In this document: positions 24,001 through 33,086 of the stretch, in pieces | Layout: each line of letters begins with the position of its first letter | Numbering within the stretch: the first letter of the stretch is position 1 | Source of the DNA: a virus | Strand: one strand, 5' to 3' | Length of the DNA stretch: 64,000 nt | Virus record (IMG/VR): IMGVR_UViG_3300024581_003792 | Coordinates: 63,006 to 127,005 of that record | Notes under the pieces: model-generated | What the model saw: only the letters and a program-made list of their open reading frames with translations | What the model was told of the DNA's origin: nothing | The model's database searches: none | Program-made: the position numbers and the translations under genes

Positions 24001-26313
24001 GTTTATATGTACGGAATTGCTACTTCTCCTTACAGGAAGGATGTAAAAATATATTTGCCACCCAATCCCGACCAAAAAGATAGAACCATAAAAGTTTATA
24101 AACTTAACAGAGAAAGAAATTTCGTAAAAGAAGGTGAACAAGCAGCTAGATATAAAGAAAAAATGTCGCTTGCGTCAATCACAGAAGTTACACCCGTTCA
24201 ATTAAATTATCCAAATTCAGTAATCATAGGAACAAGAATCAATGCAAAAGATTCGCCTAATATGCCAAAACGAACATATAATATGCGCCTAAAAAAGGTG
24301 CAAGTGCCTGCTAATTATAACCCTGAAACTCGCAAGTATGATGGAAACTGGAGTGGGGATTTCAGTCCAGATCTCAAGTGGACAGATAATCCGGCATGGT
24401 GCCTTTATGATTTAATATCTAATAAAAGATTCGGTGTAGGCAAATTTGGAATAAAAGAAGAAAATATAGATAGATGGACACTATATAAGATAGCCAAATA
24501 TTGTGACCAACTTGTTCCTAGCGGTTACTCACCAAAATATCAAAAAAGAAAGTTGATACAAAATGGCGAGCAAAACGGTAAGCCTAAGTTTTCTATACAA
24601 GGAATTTCATCGAATCAAGATTTTAATTTAGAGTATAATTATCCTGGAAAAAAATTAGCCATATATTATGGCGACTCAACTTATGATTCAATAAGGATAG
24701 ATTCTGTAGATAAAGTGAATCGCACCATAACCTTAGATGTTAATCCTGAGCATGATGATTTCGATTGCGCTGTAGAAATAGACTACCCATTAGTTGAGCC
24801 AAGGTATACCTTGAATGCATATATCATGAACCAAGAGAATGCATTTAAACTAATAAATGAGTTTGCTGCAATATTTAGAGCTTTTGCGTATTGGTCGGGA
24901 GGTGCAATAAACTTTTTCCAAGATGAAAAGAAAGATTCGGTTATGTTATTTTCTAACAATAATATATCTGAAGAAGGATTTAATTACTCAAGTACGCCTA
25001 AGACATCAAGAACTAATTCTTGCAACATCAAATATGTTGATAGATATAATATGTATCGCCCTAAAATAGAAAGAGCTGAAGATAGAGAGGCTGTGCAAAA
25101 TAACAATATGATTGAGCAAACCATTGATGGATTTGGCATAACATCACAAGCTCAAGCCAAGCGCGCAGCAGAATTTGTAGTAAAAGGAGCTAATCTCGAA
25201 ACAGAAATACTTTCATTTAAAACAAGCATGATTGGTTCTTATTTAAAACCCGGCGATGTTATCGATGTACTTGACAATAAAAGAACAGTCGGTAGATTTG
25301 CGGGAAAAGCGGTTGATATACAAGTAGACCCAAGGGGAAGAAATGCAGAAGTTCTTATAGATTACCCAATACATACATACATAGATGCTTACGATAAAGA
25401 AACTTGGAAAACCGTAACCCTTTATGCACCATCAGGCAACGAAACAATTAAATCTCTTGACTCAGATACCGATGTTACTGATCAAAAGATTGACGATATG
25501 AGGGCAACTCAAGTAGGTGAATATCTGGTTTATGATATAGGAGAAGATGACAGAACCCTTAAATTATATAATAATATATATGAATTTGTAGAGGGAGACT
25601 TTACTTGGCTCGAAGCCTTAAGAGATGCTAAAACCCGAAGCGGCCAATTAGCTGTAATCCAAGATGATGTAGCTCAAGATTTGATGTCTATAGTTTTACC
25701 AAAAGATAAAAAGGCTTGGCTTGGAGGGTTTAATAGAGAGAAACCAGATCCAGAGGCTTTACTATGGGTTGGGTCAGATTCATGTGGCGATAATTATATA
25801 GAGTATGAAAATGGTTGGGCTGAAGGCTTCCCTTTATTTACAGACCCCTTGTTAACAGATAAGGAGGAAGAAGACGAAAATATATCTACAGATATACCAA
25901 GAAAACCATGGAGCGTTTCTGCAGACAATCCAACTAGAGATGCTGACGGTAATACCTTGGGTAACTTTATTTTTGTTAGTGGATCTGAAGACCTAAAAAA
26001 GCATGGCAGATGGATGCACGAATCCGGACACTTAAAAAACAATTATATTTTACAAAAAACTTCTGTAGCAGATGATTACTTAAAGGCATTAAAAGACTCT
26101 CAGGGTACAACTTTTATGATGCAGGATTCAGTAAACTTTGCAAATAAGAAACAGTATAAAATAATAAATATAGCTGAAGAATCTAACGGACTGTTTAGTG
26201 TTCAAGCTTTAGAATATAATGTAGATAAATTTGATAATATTGAAAAAGATTTATCGATTAAAGCGCCAGAGTTTCCTGTAATTTTTACAGACCAAAGTGA
26301 CTATAACGAATAG
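21049..26313 (+). CDS. Fused gpI (ubiquitin-like)-gpJ central tail tip protein with C-type-lectin-like insertion
   Basis: N-terminal VILHGALGKRFG..W.L.V.SP.EAI.AL (gpI) and VPLGYGKL; gpJ motifs DLVSEGPVDG, YPNS, WTDNPAWCLYDL, IDRWTLYKIAKYCD; TWLEA...GQLAVI...AWLGG lectin pattern. Confidence 0.88.
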   Translation: MKQVILHGALGKRFGKKWDLNVSSPGEAIAALFANNPEIEKYLNKKQQEGVVYGIKKSGEQDFTENKEFLLSTEKDLHVFPIAQGSGGFAVSLIMTAITTAASMYISKKMAEAMERDDETLKVQTKSYMYNGKENRFTQGQNVPLGYGKLNIGTNVVSACTVNYDYNSETGKIFNFSKGLYSLIPNYHKHYRVDLGPLYSCFALNVFDGSSKYAFVDPAFQEIAKKISDGEFGATDGLYGGFESLRNQQARFVTMPEKKGDAIGGYYYYTFNYAKGVNKQFLGNFGSNGNWYPNPLSDIEGMRYAVTEANAIKSSYVCLQSIPVKENDNQAKIFYPIMFSEDPLEYLHGDQSTDNPRNAYPIQVGERWRGASKANGVGWFKLESTSVYKSIDLVSEGPVDGFSNKNGELAVFDREYKANEGNPEDLRNAKNDYLQGVFLDGTPVKEISFESELEGGIDSYNINEFDIDLGVNNEGHIGTEDQSLLEPQYLFTSYTKDINGDLYGPRTIDSKTLKNSVPSTQFSASSTYEEGDYVEHDGEIYRVQTSYNEAFIESGDYTYDAENMENNSIIYVGEPESATFYKADQGLNEYKQFSGEYVTDTVQYQEGDKVRCKKFDYTMGYYKMGVNSDKFLGTHSKQKNYDGKQGYLLLKENTRGGPNSNSDLYIITGNDAGEGKSLAEFASGLSYYEDEFSNYANDPMIILLNPDKIPGVEDGQVKVTETTFVDVPEGGEIPEGGAVNETIITFDFPQNVVESQIDITPGGTADLAEDLWNQITINAPDDITDEAGEQVELFKNVDESDFDDIKLRRFNEENYLSHTIINPLVEEAYITLQVNELAYVYQGDEVEVEYQLGKLWTFLLAALSVYQIFKGVQEGVTLGGAAASQGTIATAATGTCATPFPNVGACMLAGAVGSTEPVKAAAFIAGGVASGVLVGVLGLILSFVLGSHRFKVGTKVENSGELWPNKARFRIKYGNEGEVLYSTDVYMYGIATSPYRKDVKIYLPPNPDQKDRTIKVYKLNRERNFVKEGEQAARYKEKMSLASITEVTPVQLNYPNSVIIGTRINAKDSPNMPKRTYNMRLKKVQVPANYNPETRKYDGNWSGDFSPDLKWTDNPAWCLYDLISNKRFGVGKFGIKEENIDRWTLYKIAKYCDQLVPSGYSPKYQKRKLIQNGEQNGKPKFSIQGISSNQDFNLEYNYPGKKLAIYYGDSTYDSIRIDSVDKVNRTITLDVNPEHDDFDCAVEIDYPLVEPRYTLNAYIMNQENAFKLINEFAAIFRAFAYWSGGAINFFQDEKKDSVMLFSNNNISEEGFNYSSTPKTSRTNSCNIKYVDRYNMYRPKIERAEDREAVQNNNMIEQTIDGFGITSQAQAKRAAEFVVKGANLETEILSFKTSMIGSYLKPGDVIDVLDNKRTVGRFAGKAVDIQVDPRGRNAEVLIDYPIHTYIDAYDKETWKTVTLYAPSGNETIKSLDSDTDVTDQKIDDMRATQVGEYLVYDIGEDDRTLKLYNNIYEFVEGDFTWLEALRDAKTRSGQLAVIQDDVAQDLMSIVLPKDKKAWLGGFNREKPDPEALLWVGSDSCGDNYIEYENGWAEGFPLFTDPLLTDKEEEDENISTDIPRKPWSVSADNPTRDADGNTLGNFIFVSGSEDLKKHGRWMHESGHLKNNYILQKTSVADDYLKALKDSQGTTFMMQDSVNFANKKQYKIINIAEESNGLFSVQALEYNVDKFDNIEKDLSIKAPEFPVIFTDQSDYNE

Positions 26314-27093
26314 CTAGTTTATTAAGCCAAGCATAATTCTCGTCTCTTTGGCAGGAAGGTCATCCCAGCACTCAGCTGATTTAATTTTATCGTTTTTATA
26401 GATACCTTCTATTTGAGATTTCCACCATTCTTGTATGTGCTTCTTCTTGAATTCGTCAAAAGAATCACAACCTAAAGAGTCTCTAGCTTTTGATTCAAGA
26501 AGGCTTGTGGGGCTAAGAGGATTACCTTTTTTTGTTGGTTTAGAAGGAGATTGGCTGCCATCTGACTTATCAATTTCATCATCACCAACGATATGTACTT
26601 GCAGGAAGTTTCTCACGCATCTTACGAAAGCCCTGTTGCATGCAATTGTCTCTAAGAATTTAGTGGCAAAACTACTTGTATTATTTAATGTAGCATTGGC
26701 CATATCCTGAAAAATTACAGGCTCATTAAAGGTTTCGTAATTAGGTAGGAATTTTACTTCACATGTTACTGCTACATGATCTTCTTCGCATTTTATAACA
26801 TTGTATGAAACGTTAGAAAACCCTCTAAGTTTTGCAAGCTCTTTGATGCCACTAAGTTTTATTAGCAATTGATGATCTGCTAACCCCTCTATGGATCTTG
26901 GGGTATCTTTACCCCTCATTTGAAACCAGCTTCGGTTTGGGAATAAATGTTCTTCCCCGACCATCGCCCTCCAGTTTATTGATCCATCTTCATTGAATTC
27001 GTATTCAACATTTTTAAGTAATCCGTTCTCATCCCTTGAGAAAAGATTGGGGCCAGTTGAGTTATCTATTTCGTTTTGCTTTGTCTTTGGCAT
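26314..27093 (-). CDS. Putative single-strand annealing protein (Rad52/Erf/RecT-like)
   Basis: IACNRAFVRCVRNFLQVHIVGDDEI resembles the SSAP A..RA..RA.R...I....EE helix motif; lies in the operon with SSB. Confidence 0.45.
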   Translation of the reverse strand: MPKTKQNEIDNSTGPNLFSRDENGLLKNVEYEFNEDGSINWRAMVGEEHLFPNRSWFQMRGKDTPRSIEGLADHQLLIKLSGIKELAKLRGFSNVSYNVIKCEEDHVAVTCEVKFLPNYETFNEPVIFQDMANATLNNTSSFATKFLETIACNRAFVRCVRNFLQVHIVGDDEIDKSDGSQSPSKPTKKGNPLSPTSLLESKARDSLGCDSFDEFKKKHIQEWWKSQIEGIYKNDKIKSAECWDDLPAKETRIMLGLIN

Positions 27094-28255
27094 GATTGTA
27101 TATATTTAAGTGTTCTACTTCTTCCCAGAACTCATCGCTATCTATGGCAACTTGATGGTCTTCCGTTTTTTCTATATTGGACTTCCATGCTGCTTTACTA
27201 TAGTAGTGCTTATTGTTTGATATTAAGGTTTTATTACTATGATAGAACGTATTATTACATACTTCAGAGACAAAGTCAAGGTCTTTTTTATTTTTAGGAG
27301 AATACTCTTCCACTGTGTGTTCAAAAAATTTAAGTCTTAATTCTGATATAATATCTTTATTTTTACATAAAAGATTATAATTTATATTTAATCTACTTAG
27401 TGCTTTTAGATATCTTTCGTCTATTGTTTCATCCCCTAAGAATATAGTCATTCCTTTAATGTTTTGTCTTGCGTTATAAATAAGGTTAATATCTATAGCT
27501 TTATTGATCATTAAGTTTACTTTGCGCGTGAGCCAATACTGAAGGGAGTCATCAAGCAATCCATAATCACATCTTAAATTAATTAAATTACTAAACTGAA
27601 AGGAAGAGTCAGGTATAAAGTCGGGGACTACTTCTATGATTTTATTAAAGTAATGCTTGCCTATGTTTAAAGTTTTATATCCAGATAAATCATGATCTAT
27701 ATTCAATAAGTCAAGAATAGAGCTAGCCACTTCTTCTGGTTTTATTTCATTAACTCTCTTAGGGTCTTCATTGTCTCTGAACGAAGGCTTGATTTCACTA
27801 AAATCTGGAGCAAGTTGAATGGTTTTTGATTTTTTATTCCAAACAGGTTTTGAACATTCCGCAAACAGGTTAGAGTATAAGCCTACAATTGGAATGTCAT
27901 GAACACTGGCTAGATGTACAGGTAAGCTATCTATGCCGAAATGTAATTTTGCACCCTTTACAATATATGACATTTGCTTGAATGATGCGCCAAGGGTATG
28001 TATATCGCAGTCATTATAAGGAGGGTCATCGGGACCCCCAACCTGTATAATATCTATTTTTTTTTCAGATAGTTTGGGTTTGATTAAATCAAAAACTACT
28101 TTCCAGTAGTCGTAGTGCCTGGCAGGAGATTTTTTATTATTTGTGTGGAAAGTTATATAATTACTGGAAGTTATTGGATAAAAATGGTTTGTTATTCTAG
28201 GTTTACCAATTTTAACCCCCAATGACTTAGCGTATTCTTCTATAATGTGGCTCAT
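27062..28255 (-). CDS. GT9 (heptosyltransferase-like) C-terminal half plus unknown C-terminal domain
   Basis: IIQVGG, AKLHFGIDSLPVHLASVHDIPIVGLYS. Confidence 0.75.
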   Translation of the reverse strand: MSHIIEEYAKSLGVKIGKPRITNHFYPITSSNYITFHTNNKKSPARHYDYWKVVFDLIKPKLSEKKIDIIQVGGPDDPPYNDCDIHTLGASFKQMSYIVKGAKLHFGIDSLPVHLASVHDIPIVGLYSNLFAECSKPVWNKKSKTIQLAPDFSEIKPSFRDNEDPKRVNEIKPEEVASSILDLLNIDHDLSGYKTLNIGKHYFNKIIEVVPDFIPDSSFQFSNLINLRCDYGLLDDSLQYWLTRKVNLMINKAIDINLIYNARQNIKGMTIFLGDETIDERYLKALSRLNINYNLLCKNKDIISELRLKFFEHTVEEYSPKNKKDLDFVSEVCNNTFYHSNKTLISNNKHYYSKAAWKSNIEKTEDHQVAIDSDEFWEEVEHLNIYNHAKDKAKRNR

Positions 28256-28662
28256 GTTGTGCTATAATATTTCTGCTCTTTTATTTCTGATCTTGTTAAA
28301 TTATTTATTTTCTGTTTGATAAAAAATCTTTCATCATTCTTTCTGTATACAGATATAGATAAATCTATAAATTGTTGATCTAGTTGACCTTCTTTTTCTT
28401 TATTCCTTTGCATTTCAAGTATATCCCATAGCTCTGAATTCACAGCTCTTAAACCATCCATTAGGGTTGATAGTTCAGGCGTTTTTTTGTAGAAAGGTTC
28501 GCAAAGGGGCTTTAATAGATTTAACTCATGAAGAATATCTTTAACCTTAGACTCATCTTTAATTTTCTTCATTTTGACGGAGAGAACAGAGATTTTATCA
28601 AAAAGTTCGCCTACAGATATAGGTGTTGATACTAAATTTGATTTAATCGTCATAAATATCAA
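28252..28662 (-). CDS. DUF6165-like small helical protein
   Basis: PISVGELFDKISVL..K, VN.ELWD, VY..ND.RF.IK.KIN....SEIKEQK.Y. Confidence 0.75.
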   Translation of the reverse strand: MIFMTIKSNLVSTPISVGELFDKISVLSVKMKKIKDESKVKDILHELNLLKPLCEPFYKKTPELSTLMDGLRAVNSELWDILEMQRNKEKEGQLDQQFIDLSISVYRKNDERFFIKQKINNLTRSEIKEQKYYSTT

Positions 28663-30559
28663 ATTGTATTTTATCTCTACCGTTATGAGTATAATTTAGG
28701 ATTTTTTGCGTACCAATATATGGTAGATAAGCCACGTCAAAATAACCTTTATGCCCCTGACTTCCTTCAAGCATCAACAATGATTCCATTTCTTTCGAGT
28801 GAGGGATCATTTTAAATACAGCTGGATGGTCTTCTATTAAAGCATAAAACTTTTCATTTGTTACAAAGTAGATATTATGATCTGGGTATAAATCATTTAA
28901 ATTATCAAGTAGCGCATTTACCCAAAGAACGTCTCCTGCGCTGCCAGGCATTACAACTGCAATTCTTTTTTCTCTACCTTCTTCGCCAAGAATGTCTTCA
29001 AAATAAACACTTTCTCTTATCTTGGAATTTTCCTTATTAGCTACTTTTTTAAAGTAAGAAAGTATTTCTTCTCTTTCTGCACCTTCCTTGATTCTATCCA
29101 TCCAGTGTTGGTGGCCCTTGTCTGATTTTGGGTCAACATCCATCATGAGAATGTTTTTGTAAATATCAACAAGCCATTCTGAGTCACTATCTATTCTTGG
29201 TGGAATGTAGTCAGGGTTTCTTGGTTTTTCTGAAAAATCAAAATCCCAATCACATTCAGGCATTTCATCTATAATTTTTTCTAACTTTTTACCTACAGTT
29301 TCTGTAGAGTAATTATTAATCACAAAGTTTCTTGACTTTTTACCTAGCGCAGCTCGCTTTGCAGGTTTCATGTTGTAAACTTTTGTGAGTTGTTTGGCGA
29401 TGCTTGATGGATAAGTGCTAGCCTTGATGAATTGGGTGCCTGGCTCTCGGTACTCGGCCCATTCAAGGGGAAATCCTCCACTTTCAGTGGAGCACTGATC
29501 TTCTCCGCAGCTATAATTTGTAACCAATGTTATTAGTTCGCATAACTTAGCTTCTTGAATAGGTATTTCTTGACCTCCCGAGGTGAATGGGTGGCAGTAA
29601 ACATCCATTAAATTATATATTTGATTTAACTGGTCTTCTGAGACTCCAGCTCTCACGCTTGTTGTGCTCTGGCTTTTTTTACTTTTGCAGTATTTGCAAT
29701 CAAGCTCCTGTCCTGAATAAGGTTTTACTTCGTAATTTTTACATTTATCGCAATAGTAGGTTGTTAATATATCAAAATTATCTATACCTTTTTCTTCAAT
29801 TAACCTAGGTATATCCCAACCTTCAGCCCAGTTTGTGTGAAGCAAGAGCTTTGCGTTTACATTTGGATTTTGTTGCTTGAAAATCTTAAATCCATCCAAA
29901 AGGTTCGGGACACTTTTTCTTAACTGATTCCTGAATACAAACCCTATTAAAAAACAATTCGAATCAATTTTATGGCGTTCTCTTAGTTTTGCTTTAGACT
30001 CTTCTGTCGCTTTAAAAAAAGTTTCCGTTTCTACTGCTCCGTGTAAAGTTTGAAAATGATTATGCCCGAGTTTTTTCATTTCTCTTTCAGCAAAAGAGGC
30101 CCACCCGAAATAGTGCTTGATGTGATCAGCCGCTTCCACAGCTAGAGGAAGTATTGGTTCTGAATCTAATGTAGTCCATACCATGCAGTTAATTTTATTC
30201 CACCATTTTCTTTCCCAGTATTTGTTAAAAGCCCATATGTCTTCAGCCCCTATATATACATCAGGCTTGACTTCTTTGATTATTTCATCTATCATTTCTG
30301 CGCCATATGCTGCTGACCTAGCTAAGTTTGGGTCTTGATTTAATTCAGCTATCTTAGCTTTATCGTCAGGAAGGGTGCCAAAGCATTTCCATGGCATTTT
30401 TGTTAAGGGAATATGCGATTTAGAAAAACCGTTTGCGGCTTCAATTATTTCATACTTACCAGTGCCATGTAAATATTTAAGTATATTTTTTGAGTTTTTA
30501 CCAAAACCAGTAAAAGCCTTACAGAAATTACTATGGAATAGTATTTTTTTCTTATTCAT
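28643..30559 (-). CDS. GT4 glycosyltransferase with Zn-ribbon insert, DUF4214-like domain and GT9 N-terminal domain
   Basis: TGFG, RNQLRK, IYNLMDVY..PFTSGGQEIPIQEA; CDKC...CKYC; LVDIYKNIL..D.D..G..HW...I..G..REEIL..F; PGSAGDVLWV.ALL..L...YPD. Confidence 0.8.
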   Translation of the reverse strand: MNKKKILFHSNFCKAFTGFGKNSKNILKYLHGTGKYEIIEAANGFSKSHIPLTKMPWKCFGTLPDDKAKIAELNQDPNLARSAAYGAEMIDEIIKEVKPDVYIGAEDIWAFNKYWERKWWNKINCMVWTTLDSEPILPLAVEAADHIKHYFGWASFAEREMKKLGHNHFQTLHGAVETETFFKATEESKAKLRERHKIDSNCFLIGFVFRNQLRKSVPNLLDGFKIFKQQNPNVNAKLLLHTNWAEGWDIPRLIEEKGIDNFDILTTYYCDKCKNYEVKPYSGQELDCKYCKSKKSQSTTSVRAGVSEDQLNQIYNLMDVYCHPFTSGGQEIPIQEAKLCELITLVTNYSCGEDQCSTESGGFPLEWAEYREPGTQFIKASTYPSSIAKQLTKVYNMKPAKRAALGKKSRNFVINNYSTETVGKKLEKIIDEMPECDWDFDFSEKPRNPDYIPPRIDSDSEWLVDIYKNILMMDVDPKSDKGHQHWMDRIKEGAEREEILSYFKKVANKENSKIRESVYFEDILGEEGREKRIAVVMPGSAGDVLWVNALLDNLNDLYPDHNIYFVTNEKFYALIEDHPAVFKMIPHSKEMESLLMLEGSQGHKGYFDVAYLPYIGTQKILNYTHNGRDKIQFDIYDD

Positions 30560-31106
30560 ATAATGGCTCTATATTTGAGTTCTGAAATTTATTGTGGTTC
30601 AATTTAGATAGCCTATGTTCGTAAATATTCTCTACAAGCAGTTTTAGGAAAGTGATTAAGCATTCGCACTCGCCTGGTTCTAGTGAAAGCTTGAATGAAT
30701 TGCCGCCTGATTTAGATATAGTCATTCCAAAGGCAGGTACCTTTTGTTTTTTTTCTTCAAGCTCTTTACTTGATGCGTTGTAATTTTTAATTGTTACATT
30801 CTTATCCCATGGTGTGAACTTTATGGTTGTTTTGTTTTCGCCGCTTTGATGGAATGTGCTCCATTCGTATCTTCTCTGTAAACAATTTATTATTGAGCCA
30901 CACTCAAACTCGTTGAATTTAACGGTTACAGTTTTCTCAGGATTATTCGAATTACCTTGAAAGGTTCCTGATCCATTATTCCATGAATATTGCGCGATGG
31001 CATTTACAAAAAGAACTGGTTCGCTGCTTTTTTTATCGCTTCCCTGAGAGAAAGAAAAACCGAATCCTGTATTACTTTTATTTGGTTTATATATTTGTAT
31101 ACTCAT
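30552..31106 (-). CDS. Whirly/PC4-like ssDNA-binding protein (putative)
   Basis: IYK start, ECGSII...STFH and a terminal L.P.E...L helix resemble the two-repeat Whirly fold. Confidence 0.45.
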   Translation of the reverse strand: MSIQIYKPNKSNTGFGFSFSQGSDKKSSEPVLFVNAIAQYSWNNGSGTFQGNSNNPEKTVTVKFNEFECGSIINCLQRRYEWSTFHQSGENKTTIKFTPWDKNVTIKNYNASSKELEEKKQKVPAFGMTISKSGGNSFKLSLEPGECECLITFLKLLVENIYEHRLSKLNHNKFQNSNIEPLYE

Positions 31107-31107
31107 A

Positions 31108-31494
31108 TTAATCGAAATCTATTTTAACGTTTTTACTTTCGTAAGTTTTTTTTATTTGATCTGGATGTTTTGCGCCTTTTCTTTGTTTAGAGTAATTCTT
31201 GTAATAATTTTCCTTTAAAGGATCTATTCCTCCGTTCTGATCTGCCCTTTTCGCTGAAAGTTCTGAACTTCTGTCCAAGAGATCTCCGAGTGTACCTTTC
31301 GTGTTTTTTGTTTTATTTACAAAGTCTGCATTACTCCATGGGTCAATTGAAGACTCTGTACTTAACTGTGGTAGTGAGTATATCCTTTTCCACTCTAAGC
31401 CTTTTTCATCAGTATAAACTTTATCATCGTTCATCCCGAAGAAAAGCTCAATAACTTCTTCTGTTTTAGGGTTTTGAAATAAATAAATTGGCAT
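31108..31494 (-). CDS. FmdB-like small protein lacking the Zn cysteines
   Basis: MPIYLFQNPKTEEVIE...WKRIYS. Confidence 0.5.
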   Translation of the reverse strand: MPIYLFQNPKTEEVIELFFGMNDDKVYTDEKGLEWKRIYSLPQLSTESSIDPWSNADFVNKTKNTKGTLGDLLDRSSELSAKRADQNGGIDPLKENYYKNYSKQRKGAKHPDQIKKTYESKNVKIDFD

Positions 31495-31502
31495 TATCCG
31501 AG

Positions 31503-31531
31503 ATTATACCAACAAAACATCCAAAAGTCAA
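31503..31531 (-). promoter_or_regulatory. sigma70 promoter TTGACT-N17-TATAAT, 8 nt before ATG 31494
   Basis: Read directly on the minus strand. Confidence 0.8.
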
Positions 31532-31828
31532 TTACTTTTTATCTAAAAAATTAGCTGCAAGCTGTATCAAATCAAGCAAAGAATCAAAAAACCAACAAAG
31601 AGCAGAAGAAGCAAAGGGAAAAAGCAAATAGTTTAAGTTCTTTTCGATAGAATAAAAAAGTAAACCAATAAAAAATCCACACCAAAAACCAAGACAAAGA
31701 CTGCAATTAAATAACTCTTTTAATATTGAGTATTTATTACATATATAATTTCTTGGTTTGGCTAATATGGACCCATATTTAAGGATCCACATTAGACCAA
31801 TACAAGATAATAACTTAAGAATTATCAA
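31532..31828 (-). CDS. DUF1360-like small membrane protein
   Basis: Hydrophobic helices with LFNCSLCLGFW. Confidence 0.6.
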   Translation of the reverse strand: MIILKLLSCIGLMWILKYGSILAKPRNYICNKYSILKELFNCSLCLGFWCGFFIGLLFYSIEKNLNYLLFPFASSALCWFFDSLLDLIQLAANFLDKK

Positions 31829-32003
31829 GCTCTTCTAAGGCTTCCTGTATTACGGATATCTGCTCTTTAGATAAGAGTACTTTTCCGCCAAAGTCATCGG
31901 TTAATGAATACATATCTCCTTGACTTTCTTCTTTTTTTATAGCAGGACAACGCCCTTTTCCGCAGCATAATAATACTGAGTCTCCTTCTCTTCTAATGTT
32001 CAT
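31815..32003 (-). CDS. Small Cys-motif hypothetical protein
   Basis: LCCGKGRCP...LTDDFGGKV; overlaps its neighbours in the operon. Confidence 0.6.
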   Translation of the reverse strand: MNIRREGDSVLLCCGKGRCPAIKKEESQGDMYSLTDDFGGKVLLSKEQISVIQEALEELDNS

Positions 32004-33085
32004 GATTTAATTAATTTTAGTATTTGTTTAATAGTATTAGAGTAACTAAATTTTTCTTTTAGTAAAACTCCAGATTCGTTTTTATTTTTACAGCATTCAA
32101 TAGCTCGCTCTGTAGCTTTATAAAAATCTTCATCTGAAAAAGTGCTTAGATTGCCTTGATTAAAGTCTTGGTCTTTCTTGAAGAATATATTATCGTATAT
32201 TTCTTCTTTACCGTTAGGTTCAATTAATATACTATTTTCTTTTGTCGCCCAATCTTTGTGAGAGGTAGCATTCAGAACTACGCTCCACTTCCCTAAGCAT
32301 GTTGAATTAAACGCAGGTAGGTTCCAACCCTCTGCCCCGCTTAAGCCACTTAGATTGATGTCTATTGCATTATAAACTTCGTTCATCTCTGTGTTAGTTT
32401 TTAAGTGAGGCAAGAAGTTGATATTTTTATAAGATTTTCCATTAAGCGCTGAAGCTATCAAGGATTTCATTTGCTCGTCCTTGAAGAAGGGGTTGCTTAT
32501 ACAGCAAGTTAATTGGTAGTCGTTGTTATCGCCATATTTATCAGCCCAAAGCCTTAGGATCTTAGCTGTATGTTTTCTTTTTTCAAATTTACCAACTAAA
32601 CCAAAATTTATTTTTTCTTCGAGGTAGGTCTTCCCTGTTTCGTAAAAATCTTCATCAAATCCTATCGGAATGTAGCTAGTATTATCGCAACCATAGTCTT
32701 TAAATTTTTCTTGGGAGTGCAGGCTGCTAAATACGGTTTTTTCATTCAAATTAACTAAATTAATTTCTGATTCCGTAGGTTCATCACATTCGTAAAAAGT
32801 ATATAGAAAATTTCTAGATCCAATAGAAGACTCTGACCCTGTTAGATGCCACATTTTAAATGATGGATTTTCTTTTTTGAGATTTTTGAGTCTACTTGAA
32901 TAACTATCTTGTATCCATTTTTTACAATCTTCCGATAGCTTGTCAAAAGCATCAAAGTCCAAGCTGTTACCTATTGGAAAAAAGCAAATTTTTTGGTCTA
33001 ATTTATGTAACTCTCGCAACATATTGACTGTGACATTTCCAAAACTTAATGAATTTATTGGTCCGCTAAAATTTATATATTCCAT
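32000..33085 (-). CDS. GT4-family glycosyltransferase
   Basis: GKFEKRK, EVYNAIDI....AEGWNLPAF. Confidence 0.8.
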   Translation of the reverse strand: MEYINFSGPINSLSFGNVTVNMLRELHKLDQKICFFPIGNSLDFDAFDKLSEDCKKWIQDSYSSRLKNLKKENPSFKMWHLTGSESSIGSRNFLYTFYECDEPTESEINLVNLNEKTVFSSLHSQEKFKDYGCDNTSYIPIGFDEDFYETGKTYLEEKINFGLVGKFEKRKHTAKILRLWADKYGDNNDYQLTCCISNPFFKDEQMKSLIASALNGKSYKNINFLPHLKTNTEMNEVYNAIDINLSGLSGAEGWNLPAFNSTCLGKWSVVLNATSHKDWATKENSILIEPNGKEEIYDNIFFKKDQDFNQGNLSTFSDEDFYKATERAIECCKNKNESGVLLKEKFSYSNTIKQILKLIKS

Positions 33086-33086
33086 A

